A DNA stretch of 64,000 nt, from the NCBI RefSeq assembly GCF_000024265.1, contig NC_013204.1, forward strand, positions 978,180 through 1,042,179. Reading direction: 5' to 3'. Below are positions 43,721-53,211 of the stretch, in pieces (within the stretch, counting starts at the first letter, position 1; each line of letters begins with the position of its first letter). Both the position numbers and the translations under genes were made by a program. Below the pieces are notes generated by a model, which saw only the letters and a program-made list of their open reading frames with translations, made no database searches and was not told where the DNA came from. The stretch is from Eggerthella lenta DSM 2243. Its GTDB lineage: Bacteria; Actinomycetota; Coriobacteriia; Coriobacteriales; Eggerthellaceae.

Positions 43721-44274
43721 CGGGGAAGAATGTCTATACGATGACGGCGATGACGAGGCGAGCGTTCGTGGGCCTCGCGGTCATGGCGGCGCAGGCCGGA
43801 CTCGCGGGCTGCGTGAGGAACGGGGCGCCGGACGCCGGCTCCTCCGACGGCGGCGCCGGGAAGTCGGGCGATGCCGGCACCTCGTCGCCGTTCGCGCCGC
43901 AGCAGTCCGCCCAGGCGTCCGTGGACGGCATCTCGATCGACCGCGTGACGATCGAGGAAGGCACGGGGCCGGACGGCAAGCCGTTCCGCTACATCCGGGT
44001 TGCCTATACCTTCGAGAACGTCACGGACTCGGACGCTGTCGCACCCTATACCGACATCAACGCATACCAGGACGGGATCAAGCTCGACAGGTCCTACAAG
44101 GTGCAGGACCAGCGGGCGCAGAAGCAGATCGAGCCGGGCGGGAAATTGAAGTCGTTCACGGCGTTCGCCCCCGATTCTGAGACGGTTCCGGTCACGGTCA
44201 AGGTGATGGCGCCCGGCGAGAAGGAGCCGAGGTCGGAGCGATGCTACTGCATCGTGAACCCGGGCCTGCAATAG
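43717..44274 (+). CDS. Tat-signal lipoprotein.
   Basis: AAGGAG RBS 8 nt before GTG. RRAFVGLAVMAAQAGLAGC (twin-Arg plus lipobox). Confidence 0.6.
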   Translation: MTGKNVYTMTAMTRRAFVGLAVMAAQAGLAGCVRNGAPDAGSSDGGAGKSGDAGTSSPFAPQQSAQASVDGISIDRVTIEEGTGPDGKPFRYIRVAYTFENVTDSDAVAPYTDINAYQDGIKLDRSYKVQDQRAQKQIEPGGKLKSFTAFAPDSETVPVTVKVMAPGEKEPRSERCYCIVNPGLQ

Positions 44275-44320
44275 GCCGCCCCGCTCGCACGTCCACACAT
44301 ATATGTATATGCGCGTCTAT

Positions 44321-44355
44321 GCGTTTACGTACATGCGCATATGGGTAGACTCACA
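44321..44355 (+). promoter_or_regulatory. Copy 2 of the conserved promoter-like motif (GCGTTTACGTACATGCGCATATGGGTAGACTCACATC).
   Basis: Same TTTACG..TGGGTAGA architecture as copy 1; upstream of gene 44390. Confidence 0.45.
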
Positions 44356-44389
44356 TCGAGTAGAGACGAAACGGGAGGGGATGGTCCGC

Positions 44390-44812
44390 ATGGCGCCGTT
44401 CATCAGTGAAAATATCGACCTGGTTCCTTGCATGGCCATGGCATTCAACGCGGCGATTGCGACCATGGGTTTTCTGAAAATGGTTGCATGGACCGAGCAC
44501 GGCATGTCGTCGAGGATGTCCAGATACATCGACAGGTTCGGCAAGATGGGCATCGACCGCGAGATTTTGGAGGTCTATGCGCGATCGTATCTCGACGAGT
44601 CGCGCAACGCGCTCATCTGCTGGATCGTTGGCCTCGCCATCACTATGGCTGTGGGGATTGTCATCTGGGCCCACGACGTCGGCGCGGTAGTCCTCCTGAC
44701 ATCCGTGGTCGCGGCGGCGGTATCGATCAGGTGCATCGTCATGGCAGTGAGGGATGTGGCGGATATCCGCGACGTCCTGGCCGAAATCGACCTAGGCACC
44801 CCGACCGCGTGA
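44390..44812 (+). CDS. Membrane protein, hypothetical; alternative start at 44381.
   Basis: GGGAGGGG 9 nt upstream of ATG 44390. Several hydrophobic helices. Confidence 0.45.
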   Translation: MAPFISENIDLVPCMAMAFNAAIATMGFLKMVAWTEHGMSSRMSRYIDRFGKMGIDREILEVYARSYLDESRNALICWIVGLAITMAVGIVIWAHDVGAVVLLTSVVAAAVSIRCIVMAVRDVADIRDVLAEIDLGTPTA

Positions 44813-45582
44813 TTTGCCCTGGCATCCAATCAATAGGGACAAGCAGATATTCAGAAGGGACTCGATATGGGTATGCAAAGCTATATGGCGACGGTATTTG
44901 TCGGCGAGCGTGAGATTGGCGGGCCTTTTGTAAACGGTGATTTTCGTTCAAGCCTGAACTTCGCGAGGCGAGAGCTTCGCGGATACCTGCGCCTGGCTGA
45001 GAGTATCTGACGGCAGGAAGTCATGGGTGGTCGCCGTCATGGCCTTCGTTGCGTAACCGCCCCGGCGCTTGATTTTGGCATCCTTACCGAGACGAAGGAT
45101 AGCGAGACCGCCACCGTGGAGTCCAGCTTTACCGTGACGTCGGCCTACACGGCCGAGGATTTCGTATCGGATACGCGAAGCGAGTTTCTTGCCTGCGTCA
45201 CGGAAGATTTCGGCGAGCAGGTCGCATCGGAGGCTGCAAGTCTCGTCGATGGTCAAATCGCGTCGATGTCGTGGTATAGGCGCTTCGAGATATGGAACGA
45301 CCTCGCATCCTACGACATATGCGGCGTTGCGAACGCCGATCATCTCATCGACGGGCTCGAGGAGCTTTCCGTCGCGCTCGCCGATGGCCGCGCGTTCGAC
45401 GCAAACGGTGGAAACCCCGTCTTCCATGCTTTTCACCGGGCCGAGCGGCAAAGTGGCGACAGAGAGTTACCTGTGCCTGCCAGACGTACTCATCGACATC
45501 ATTGAGACAGGGGCTTCGGGCAACCGGAGCTCTTTTCTAATATGAGCCGGCACCTCCACGGTACCGGCCCAATAACGACTGC

Positions 45583-46011
45583 CTACATATCCCAGATCTC
45601 GCTCAGCCGCTCATCGTCCGCGGCCTCCTCCTCGAAGCGGAACTCGTAGGGGATGGCCAACCTGGTGAGCTCAAAGGCCACCTTTCTGGTCATGGCGTTC
45701 GAGATTCGCGCCGCGCGCGCATCCTCCGCGGCTAAGTCCTGCTCGCGGAAGTAGGGGAGCGGGTAGGGGTTGCCATCCGTCTCATCGACAATCTTCTCCA
45801 CCAGGCACCCGACCTCGCGCTCTTGGATTTCCGCCAGATTCTCGAGGTACTTCCATGCCACGGCAGTGGCGCGGGCTCGCGGCAGGCGCGGTCTTTCCCA
45901 GTTCTTGACGGTCTTCACGTCGACGCCCGCTGCCTCCGCGACATCGGACTGGTAGAGCCCCAGGCTCTCGCGCAGCACCTTGAAGCCCGCCTTGGTGTGG
46001 ATGGTCTGCAT
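45583..46011 (-). CDS. XRE-family helix-turn-helix transcriptional regulator.
   Basis: LRESLGLYQSDVAEAAGVDVKTVKNWE is a canonical Cro/CI-type HTH. Confidence 0.65.
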   Translation of the reverse strand: MQTIHTKAGFKVLRESLGLYQSDVAEAAGVDVKTVKNWERPRLPRARATAVAWKYLENLAEIQEREVGCLVEKIVDETDGNPYPLPYFREQDLAAEDARAARISNAMTRKVAFELTRLAIPYEFRFEEEAADDERLSEIWDM

Positions 46012-46026
46012 ATCCGTTCCTTTCAT

Positions 46027-46653
46027 CTAGATTCTCTTCTCGAAGAGCCCGTGATAGACCTCATCGATCTCGTCCTGGTATTCGCACAGGAATTCGCAGC
46101 GTCCGACCACGAGTGCGACGAAAAGCTCGTCGACGGTGGCAATGCCGTAATCGTGGAACCCCGCGGGAAGGTAGAGCGTCCCGTTGTAGGGCGCATGTCC
46201 GACCCGGTAGCAAGAGAAGTCCCCGAAGGCCGATCCCTCCACGCGGTACAGGCTGTAGTAGTCCCCGGCACGCTTCGCAGTGTCGATCGCCTCCGTGTGG
46301 CCGGCGATATGGCGGATGATCTTCCCGTCCGCACGGTTCGCGGCCGCCTCGCGCGCGAGCGTGCGCAGCTCGGGCATGCGGTCGAGCGGGTCGACGGTGT
46401 GGACCGTATCCATGTGTTCCGTGAACCCCTCGCCGTTGCGCGTGATTTCGCTCACTGTGGCGACGAACCGGGCGAAACCGCGCTGGCAGACCCCGACCCT
46501 GGAGGCCGCCGAGACCTTATGCGCCGCACGCAGTGCCTCCTCCCGGCTGTCCCCCTCGTAATGCAGCTCCGACGAATGGAGCGGCCGCACGTCGATATCC
46601 TCGGTTCCCGTGAACAGCATCTCGCGCGATTCCGTCACGAAGATCGTTTCCAT
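46027..46653 (-). CDS. Hypothetical protein, co-oriented with and immediately upstream of the XRE gene.
   Basis: GGGAGGA RBS. High GC3. 208 aa. Confidence 0.5.
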   Translation of the reverse strand: METIFVTESREMLFTGTEDIDVRPLHSSELHYEGDSREEALRAAHKVSAASRVGVCQRGFARFVATVSEITRNGEGFTEHMDTVHTVDPLDRMPELRTLAREAAANRADGKIIRHIAGHTEAIDTAKRAGDYYSLYRVEGSAFGDFSCYRVGHAPYNGTLYLPAGFHDYGIATVDELFVALVVGRCEFLCEYQDEIDEVYHGLFEKRI

Positions 46654-46924
46654 ATAGTCCTCCCATATGCGCACCGGGCGGCCCCATACCGCCTGCTCTA
46701 CCTCTCTTGTACCCCCTGAGGGGAAACGTAAACGCACGCCGCGGAAAAATCGCCGGACCGGGTTCGGGAAAAGGACGGGGCCGAAAACGGCCCCTGTCTT
46801 GAAATCTGGATATGGAATCAATCAATCATCGCCATGTCGAACGCTTATATGCGAACTCGGAATCGATCATCGCTGCGCAGTCCTTCCGAGGGCGGGGCCG
46901 TCGTGCTATCTGGCGGAACTAGCC

Positions 46925-47677
46925 TTATTTACCCGCCGTCGGGCGTAGCGCCAACAGGTCATTCCTGATCTCATCGAGCAGCTTCCTGCACTTGAGCTCC
47001 GCGGCCTCCATCGGGCTGACGTATCCATCCTCATGCGGGTCGAAAATCATATCCGGGTCTGGCAGCCATTTGCCGTCGTCCTCGCCGAAGGCGGTCTCGG
47101 TCATGATGTCGCAGAGGCCCAGGAGCCTGACGAAGATATCGCTCTCCCCGACATATGGGGTCGCGCGTCGGCACGCGCGGAGGTACACGTCGAGCGTCTG
47201 GAGGAACAGGTCCTCGGTGCCGATCTCCCAGGGAGGACGGGACTTATCGTCTTCCGGGTTCACCTTGATGTCGTGCAGAATCGAGTCCGGCACGCAGCGC
47301 AGGTCTGTAGTCGGCCAGACGAAATGATCGGTCTCCTCGCACAGGTCGAGGAAGTCGTAGGCCTGGTTCCATAGCACGCAGAGCACATCCAGCTGGTTTT
47401 CGGTGAGTTTTTCGTCCATGGTCCTATCTCCTGATTCTATGAGGAGGTCGGCGACGTCGATGTGCGCCCAGCAGGCGATATCCTCGACCTTCTCGAAGTC
47501 GCTCGGAGCGTGCGTCCCGCGCCGCCAGTCCTTAATCGATGAGATCGAGACGTGCATCGCGCCCGCGAGCTCCCGCATCCTGGCGGCGCCTTTGGCGCCG
47601 TGTCCTAGCAACGAATCGAACACGGCGGGGGAGAACGCGAACGTCCCGTCGCCAATCCTGTAGGTGTCTTTCCGCAT
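46925..47677 (-). CDS. HTH-domain protein with an acidic C-terminal domain.
   Basis: N-terminal ..ARMRELAGAMHVSISSIKDWRRG is HTH-like. High GC3. Confidence 0.5.
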   Translation of the reverse strand: MRKDTYRIGDGTFAFSPAVFDSLLGHGAKGAARMRELAGAMHVSISSIKDWRRGTHAPSDFEKVEDIACWAHIDVADLLIESGDRTMDEKLTENQLDVLCVLWNQAYDFLDLCEETDHFVWPTTDLRCVPDSILHDIKVNPEDDKSRPPWEIGTEDLFLQTLDVYLRACRRATPYVGESDIFVRLLGLCDIMTETAFGEDDGKWLPDPDMIFDPHEDGYVSPMEAAELKCRKLLDEIRNDLLALRPTAGK

Positions 47678-47758
47678 TGCGGCATCTCTCTTTCTCAATC
47701 CTTGCCGACAATGTTATCTGTGGCGCGGCCGTCTACGGAGACGAACCTGGACGGACCT

Positions 47759-48028
47759 CTACCCGTCCGGCTTCACGGAGAACCACAGACCGTCGTCGCA
47801 GATCAGCCCGCGCGCGACACATCGACCGCCGACGTCCACTAGGACGCCGGTCACGGTGGCGTCCGCCTTGCCGAACATGCTGGGGCAGGGCAGCGTCGCG
47901 CCGACCCTGGCGATCTCGAAGCGCCGCCCGTCGCACACGATTGCCCTCGGGGTGTTGAGCCCGCACTTTCGGTCGGTCTCGACCGCTATGGGGACGACCT
48001 TGGCGTCGAACCTGCTGCATCCGCCCAC
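47759..48028 (-). CDS. Small hypothetical protein, 89 aa.
   Basis: Very high GC3 and co-orientation with neighbours. No recognised domain. Confidence 0.4.
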   Translation of the reverse strand: MGGCSRFDAKVVPIAVETDRKCGLNTPRAIVCDGRRFEIARVGATLPCPSMFGKADATVTGVLVDVGGRCVARGLICDDGLWFSVKPDG

Positions 48029-48188
48029 GTGCCGGACCTCCCTCCCGCTCGGTATCGCGCGCCACGCGCGCGATACCCCCGCCGTCTCCCACCCTGGATA
48101 CCGCCCTGCGATCCCAACGGGAAGGGCATCCGGGGCGGTACCGCCCGCGCTGCGGTCTCACCGCGCAGCAGGCGGCCTATGGCCATGC

Positions 48189-48899
48189 CTATTCGGCCGA
48201 CCCGATGCGGTTGCCGTTCGTGTAGTCGGAATAGGCCCGCTCCCAAGCGTCCTGCACGCGGCGGGAGTCGCATATCTTGCAGAAGATACCCGTCTTGGGC
48301 GAGCCGTCGCGCAGCATGAACGTGATGAAGCAGAAGTCTCCGATATCGGGATCCTCGTTCATCATCATGGCGCCGCAGGTGTCCAGCACCTCGCGGTTGT
48401 CCTCCTGCGACCCGCCGAGGATATCGATCGTGCAGGTGGCCGTATCCGACGGTCCGACGAGGCCATCCGGCACCGCCGGCAGTGCATCCGGGTCGGTTCC
48501 GTCGATCTCCCCAAGGATGCGCGTCTCGAACGTCGAGTTTGCTGCGCGCAGGCGTCCGAGTGCGTCCGCGTATGCGATCGACGAGACGAGGCGTTCGAGC
48601 TCCCTGGCGGCAGCCTCGGCGCTGTCCGCATATCCCCGCGGGTCCTTTTCCATGAGCGCGTCGGCGAGCATGGCGACGGCCGCCTCGGCAACCCTGCCGG
48701 ACTTGCCCATGTCGTCGGCGCACTCGCCGGCGAGTGCCGACAGCGCGCTCGAGTAGAAGGGGATGTCGCTGCGGCGTCCGAACCTCTCGGCCACGCGCCC
48801 GCAGGACTCCCTCCATCGTTCCATCAGCGCGAGCCTCAGGTTCGCCGTCTCATCGTGCTCGATGGGCGACACCGTGTCGTGATCCGTAGCCATGTCCAT
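48189..48899 (-). CDS. Hypothetical protein.
   Basis: High GC3. No recognised domain. Confidence 0.45.
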   Translation of the reverse strand: MDMATDHDTVSPIEHDETANLRLALMERWRESCGRVAERFGRRSDIPFYSSALSALAGECADDMGKSGRVAEAAVAMLADALMEKDPRGYADSAEAAARELERLVSSIAYADALGRLRAANSTFETRILGEIDGTDPDALPAVPDGLVGPSDTATCTIDILGGSQEDNREVLDTCGAMMMNEDPDIGDFCFITFMLRDGSPKTGIFCKICDSRRVQDAWERAYSDYTNGNRIGSAE

Positions 48900-49110
48900 A
48901 TCCTTCCGTTTCCGTTCCATCCCGCTCCCACGGCTTCCCTAGAGAGCCGTTTACCCCGAATCGCCCCCGCTCATGCCCGCTAAATTGAGATCGGGGAGGA
49001 AGGCCGCCTGTCCGTATCTTCCCGTCCGCATCGGAATCGGCTGTTTCCGATGCGCCCGAACGGGGTATCAACTGGTAATACCGAATGAACGACTTGGGCA
49101 AGGAGCAGCC

Positions 49111-49542
49111 ATGTATACGGACGATGACGAGATCGGGCGCGCCGTCGCTGCCGATCTGGAGGAATGCTGGCAGGGCGAGGGCTGGTACCGAATCTGCTTC
49201 ACCGACGGGATGGGATCGTATCCGGCCACATGGTATGGAACCGAAGCGGACCTTGCCGACGACCTTCGCGGTGCCTACGGGGATGCCGGCGAGATCCATC
49301 TGCCCTACGCCGAAATCTCTGTGATCGATCAGGCGGTCGAGAAGGTCTGGCAGGGCGAGGGATGGTATCGGGTGACGGGCGGCGACGGCGAGAAATGGGA
49401 GCCGGACTTCTACGTTACACGCGAATGCCTAGTCGCCGCACTGCGCGACGCCTACGACGAGGCATCCTTCAGCGGCGCCATATGCGTCCCACGTGTAGAG
49501 CCGGCCCCGGACCCTAACCGGCGCCGAACGCACGCCTTCTGA
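49111..49542 (+). CDS. Hypothetical protein with two tandem WQGEGWYR-containing repeats.
   Basis: AAGGAGCAGCC RBS. Internal duplication ..CWQGEGWYRICFTDG.. and ..VWQGEGWYRVTGGDG.. Confidence 0.5.
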   Translation: MYTDDDEIGRAVAADLEECWQGEGWYRICFTDGMGSYPATWYGTEADLADDLRGAYGDAGEIHLPYAEISVIDQAVEKVWQGEGWYRVTGGDGEKWEPDFYVTRECLVAALRDAYDEASFSGAICVPRVEPAPDPNRRRTHAF

Positions 49543-49708
49543 ACCGCCCCGTGATTCAAACTGGGCGAGAACCGAACCGGAGGAATCGCTACGCGTTTCC
49601 CACAACCGGCTGCCTACGGGACGTATGGGGTCCCTCCGGTCATCCGGCCATGGAAAACGCCGGGCTCCGGTGCCAGCCCAATACATAGCCGCACAAACGC
49701 ACATCTAT

Positions 49709-49742
49709 GCGCTTACGCATCTGAGCATCTGGGTACATACAT
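49709..49742 (+). promoter_or_regulatory. Copy 3 of the conserved promoter-like motif (GCGCTTACGCATCTGAGCATCTGGGTACATACATGG), upstream of ssb.
   Basis: Same architecture, 55 bp upstream of the ssb start. Confidence 0.5.
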
Positions 49743-49796
49743 GGCGACGAAGGCGGGGGGATCGGCCCCTCGTCGGAACCGAAAGGATAGAAGCCA

Positions 49797-50222
49797 ATGA
49801 GCATCAACCGAGTCAACATCACCGGAAACCTCACCCGCGATCCCGAGCTCCGCGCCACCGCGGCCGGCACCCAGGTGCTCTCGTTCGGCATCGCCGTCAA
49901 CGATCGCCGAAAGAACCCGCAGACCGGCGAGTGGGAGGACTATCCCAATTACATCGACTGTACCATGTTCGGCACCCGCGCCGAGGCTGTCGGCCGCTAT
50001 ATCTCCAAGGGGAGCAAGGTCGCGATCGAGGGCAAGCTGCGCTATAGCTCCTGGGAGCGCGACGGCCAGAAGCGCAGCAAGCTCGAGGTCATCGTCGACG
50101 AGATCGAGTTCATGAACTCCCGCCCTGCCGCGTCTCCTGCTGCCGCGGTTGATGGTGGACAGCAGTATGCGGTCCCCGAGGCTCCCGCCGTCGAGGTTGC
50201 GGACGAGGACATCCCGTTCTAG
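49797..50222 (+). CDS. ssb: Single-stranded DNA-binding protein.
   Basis: MSINRVNITGNLTRDPELR..VLSFGIAVNDRRK..WEDYPNYIDCTMFG..KVAIEGKLRYSSWE and the acidic tail DEDIPF are canonical SSB. Confidence 0.85.
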   Translation: MSINRVNITGNLTRDPELRATAAGTQVLSFGIAVNDRRKNPQTGEWEDYPNYIDCTMFGTRAEAVGRYISKGSKVAIEGKLRYSSWERDGQKRSKLEVIVDEIEFMNSRPAASPAAAVDGGQQYAVPEAPAVEVADEDIPF

Positions 50223-50458
50223 CCGACCCGTACAACCCCATACTCAAGTGATCGCCCCACCGGAGACGGCGGGGCTTTTTCATGCCGTAGCCCGTCTCCA
50301 CACGTTTCCCACACCCGGCTGCCTATGGGACGGATGGGGTCCCGCCGGTCATCCGGCCATGGAAATCGCAGGCCAGGGGCCTGCCGACCGGTGTCCGGGC
50401 GGCCCGCTGGGCAAATTATCGAATTACGCAGACGCATACGTGCGCATTTACGTGTTTG

Positions 50459-50495
50459 TGCGTTTACGCATGTGCGCAGCTGGGTACATACATAC
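50459..50495 (+). promoter_or_regulatory. Copy 4 of the conserved promoter-like motif (GTGCGTTTACGCATGTGCGCAGCTGGGTACATACATACC).
   Basis: Same architecture, upstream of gene 50559. Confidence 0.5.
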
Positions 50496-50558
50496 CAGCG
50501 GCAAGGGAGGCCGCGACCGCGTCGGCGCGGGATCGCCGAATATCGGAAGGAGGCCGTC

Positions 50559-50831
50559 ATGGCCGGTTGCAAGAGGGAAGTAATGGAGCCGAGCGGAAGG
50601 GAGAAGGTCGCCGCCGCCGCCGCGCTGGTCGCGGGGCTCGTCGGGATGTGGTTCATGCTCGCATACAGCTATGTCTACATCAACTGCGCCGTGTTCCCGG
50701 TGGCGGGCGCGCTCATCGCGTACGCCTACGACGTGGCGGAGAGGACGGTGGCGGCACGGAAGGAGTGCTGCCGCAAGGTCGAAACGCGCCGCGCGTATCG
50801 CGCCGCGAGGGCGTCGGAATACGGCGCATAG
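50559..50831 (+). CDS. Small membrane protein, 90 aa.
   Basis: GGAAGGAGG RBS. Two hydrophobic helices. Confidence 0.45.
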   Translation: MAGCKREVMEPSGREKVAAAAALVAGLVGMWFMLAYSYVYINCAVFPVAGALIAYAYDVAERTVAARKECCRKVETRRAYRAARASEYGA

Positions 50832-50885
50832 CGGCGCCGGCGGGCAAGAATAAGTAAACGCGCATCCGCACAAGTATGCAGATGT

Positions 50886-50920
50886 GCGTTTACGCATCCG
50901 CATAACTGGGTACATATATG
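50886..50920 (+). promoter_or_regulatory. Copy 5 of the conserved promoter-like motif (GCGTTTACGCATCCGCATAACTGGGTACATATATGG), upstream of parA.
   Basis: Same architecture. An inverted partial copy (GCGCATCCGCACAAGTATGCAGATGTGCG) lies immediately upstream. Confidence 0.5.
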
Positions 50921-51061
50921 GCAGCGGCAGGGCCCTAGCGCCCTGCCGTCGGCGGATGCGGGACCGGTAGCGACTCGCCGGCCCCGTGCCCGCCGCCGGC
51001 AGGCGGCAGATATCCGAGAAGGCCGCCCGGAAATCGGGCGGCACCCGTAGAAGGGAAACAC

Positions 51062-51610
51062 ATGAAGACAATCGTTTTGGTCAACCAAAAGGGCGGCGTC
51101 GGCAAGACGACGTTCGCCGACGAGATCGCCTGGGGCCTCGAGCGCCGCGGGCGTGAGGTCGGCTTCATCAACCTCGACCCGCAGGGCGGCGCGAGTCACG
51201 AGCAGAAGACCGTCGAGGGCGAGAAGGCCGTCACCGTCGTCGACACCCCGGGCTATCTGAACGACAAGCTCGGCGGCTGCGTGGAGGTCGCCGACATCGC
51301 GATCGTCCCCGTCGAGCCCAGCCAGCGCGGCCTTCGCGCGATGAAGCGCACGATCCAGCTCATCACGGGCGTCAACCCCGAGCTCGAGATCGGCCTGATC
51401 GTGAACCGCTATTCCGACAAGCGAATCATCGACCGCAGCTTTACCGACTTCCTCACCGCCGACGACCTGCCCATCCTGGGCTGCGTGCCGACCGCCGAGG
51501 CGTTCAAGCGCGGCGCGTCGTTCAACCGACCGGTGTCCGAGGTGCAGCCGGGCGGCCGCGCGGCGGACGCGATCGAGGGGATTCTGGACAAGGTGGAGGC
51601 GATGCTGTAA
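51062..51610 (+). CDS. ParA-family partition ATPase (short form).
   Basis: Deviant Walker A VNQKGGVGKTT. 182 aa. Confidence 0.8.
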   Translation: MKTIVLVNQKGGVGKTTFADEIAWGLERRGREVGFINLDPQGGASHEQKTVEGEKAVTVVDTPGYLNDKLGGCVEVADIAIVPVEPSQRGLRAMKRTIQLITGVNPELEIGLIVNRYSDKRIIDRSFTDFLTADDLPILGCVPTAEAFKRGASFNRPVSEVQPGGRAADAIEGILDKVEAML

Positions 51611-51909
51611 TGGCGAGGACTAAGAAGGCGGACTCCGCCATCAACAGCTTTTTCACTGACACCTCCAAGGAGATGGTCGAGCGCCAGGAGACGATCGTCG
51701 AGAAGGTCGTGAACCCCGACTCCGAGCCGGCAGCTGAGAAAAAGGCGGCGGCCTCTGAGGGTCCGACGCACCGCCTGAGCGTGATCGTCCCCGACGACCT
51801 CTACTGGCAGCTCAAGGAGTACCTGGTGGAGCACCGCCGCGAGGGCTACCGCAGTGCGAGCGACCTCATGCGCTCGCTGCTCGAGGAGCATCTGCGCAAG
51901 GACCGCTAG
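51610..51909 (+). CDS. Small partition-partner protein (ParG/RHH-like).
   Basis: Start overlaps the parA stop. 99 aa. C-terminal ..RLSVIVPDDLYWQLKEYLVEHRREGYRSASDLMRSLLEEHL is RHH-like. Confidence 0.5.
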   Translation: MARTKKADSAINSFFTDTSKEMVERQETIVEKVVNPDSEPAAEKKAAASEGPTHRLSVIVPDDLYWQLKEYLVEHRREGYRSASDLMRSLLEEHLRKDR

Positions 51910-52025
51910 GCCGGTCGGAACGTCATCGAATAGAAGGGAAAACGGAAATGACAGCATTCGAGTACAGCGCCCAGGGCTACCGCGTCGCGCCCTATATCGC
52001 GGATCTCGGCAAGAAGGAGGCCTAG

Positions 52026-52592
52026 ATGGATGCCGATGCCGGGCGCGTCCGCACCGCCCTGCGACTCCAGGCCGTCGCGGCCCGCGTCCACCACATGGAC
52101 TGTGCGGGTTTCGCCGAGGAGGTGTGCGATGCCGTGGACGTCGCCGGACGTCTGGGCTATCTGGGTTGCTTGCACGCGGTTGTGAGGCTCGCGGCGGCCC
52201 GCGAGGCGATGCCGGACGCCGACGGGATGACGTGCGGCGAGCTAGGCTGTCTCGCCGGCCTCCGCCGCCAGGCGCGCGCCACCGACACGCTGGATGCCGA
52301 CAGCTTCACCGCCCGCATCCTCGCTGCCCTGGATATCAAGGGGTGGTCGGATCGATCTTCCTACCAAATCGCGGCGATGCGCCTGGCCGACCTGATTGCC
52401 CCGGTCTCGCTGATGGCGTCCCCGGAGCGCACGGAGCGCGGAGACCGCGCCCTGTATTCCTACACCTGCGGGCGATGCGGCGCACGCGTGACCGTATCGG
52501 TGTGCACGCGTTGCCCGTCCTGCGGCGCCCCCATGGTCGCCGCAGGACATGGCGCTCCGGTGATGAAAGGGGCGATCCATGTCGACTCGTAA
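52026..52592 (+). CDS. Hypothetical protein with a C-terminal zinc ribbon.
   Basis: CGRCGARVTVSVCTRCPSCGAPM. Moderate GC3. Confidence 0.4.
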   Translation: MDADAGRVRTALRLQAVAARVHHMDCAGFAEEVCDAVDVAGRLGYLGCLHAVVRLAAAREAMPDADGMTCGELGCLAGLRRQARATDTLDADSFTARILAALDIKGWSDRSSYQIAAMRLADLIAPVSLMASPERTERGDRALYSYTCGRCGARVTVSVCTRCPSCGAPMVAAGHGAPVMKGAIHVDS

Positions 52593-53208
52593 GCTGATAA
52601 AGGGCGACCGCTACCGCGCCGGGCTGTGGAAGCTGGAGGAGCGCTGCTATGAGGCGCACGTCCGCATGCCGAACGCCAAGTTCATGATCAGAACGTACCG
52701 CTGTACGCAAGGCGAGGCGGTCGCGAAGTTCGATTCGTGGGTGGAGGCGGAAGGCCTCGACCTCGCTGAGGATGGGGCCAGGGAAGCCTGCGAGGGCAGC
52801 ATCGACGACGGTATGGGGACTGCGAGGCGCCCGTTAAACCGCGAGGAGCGCCGTGCGATGGAACGCCGCGACCGAAAGATAAAGAAGCGCCAGGCGCGAA
52901 AGGCGGCATCGGAGGCCGATGCCGCGCGACAGTCACAGGATATGGGGAAGGAAGAGACGGAAATGCAGAAGGTATCGAAAACGGACGGGCAGAAGACGGC
53001 GGCCGCGGGGACAAAGGCTCCGGAGACGGAGCCGGCCAGGTGCTACACGCTCATGTGCACGGGCGATCTGGGGACGGCCCCGGTGATGGTATTCCGCAAC
53101 GAGGGCGACGCGAACGACATGATGCGCGCCCTGGAGCAGGTCGCGAAGGTGACGTCGCCCGATACCGTCTACGACGTTATGGAGGCCCCGTTCAAGGAGG
53201 CCATTTGA
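52579..53208 (+). CDS. Hypothetical protein.
   Basis: High GC3. Basic coiled middle region. Confidence 0.45.
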   Translation: MSTRKLIKGDRYRAGLWKLEERCYEAHVRMPNAKFMIRTYRCTQGEAVAKFDSWVEAEGLDLAEDGAREACEGSIDDGMGTARRPLNREERRAMERRDRKIKKRQARKAASEADAARQSQDMGKEETEMQKVSKTDGQKTAAAGTKAPETEPARCYTLMCTGDLGTAPVMVFRNEGDANDMMRALEQVAKVTSPDTVYDVMEAPFKEAI

Positions 53209-53211
53209 AGG

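Noticed and set aside
44867-45505. Overlapping ORFs 45023..45505(+) and 44948..45451(-), plus a 47-aa ORF at 44867..45010.
   Set aside because: The coding strand could not be resolved from composition alone. The plus frame has somewhat higher GC3, but there is no RBS or domain. The region is lower in GC and may be a degraded gene remnant or regulatory DNA. Left unannotated.
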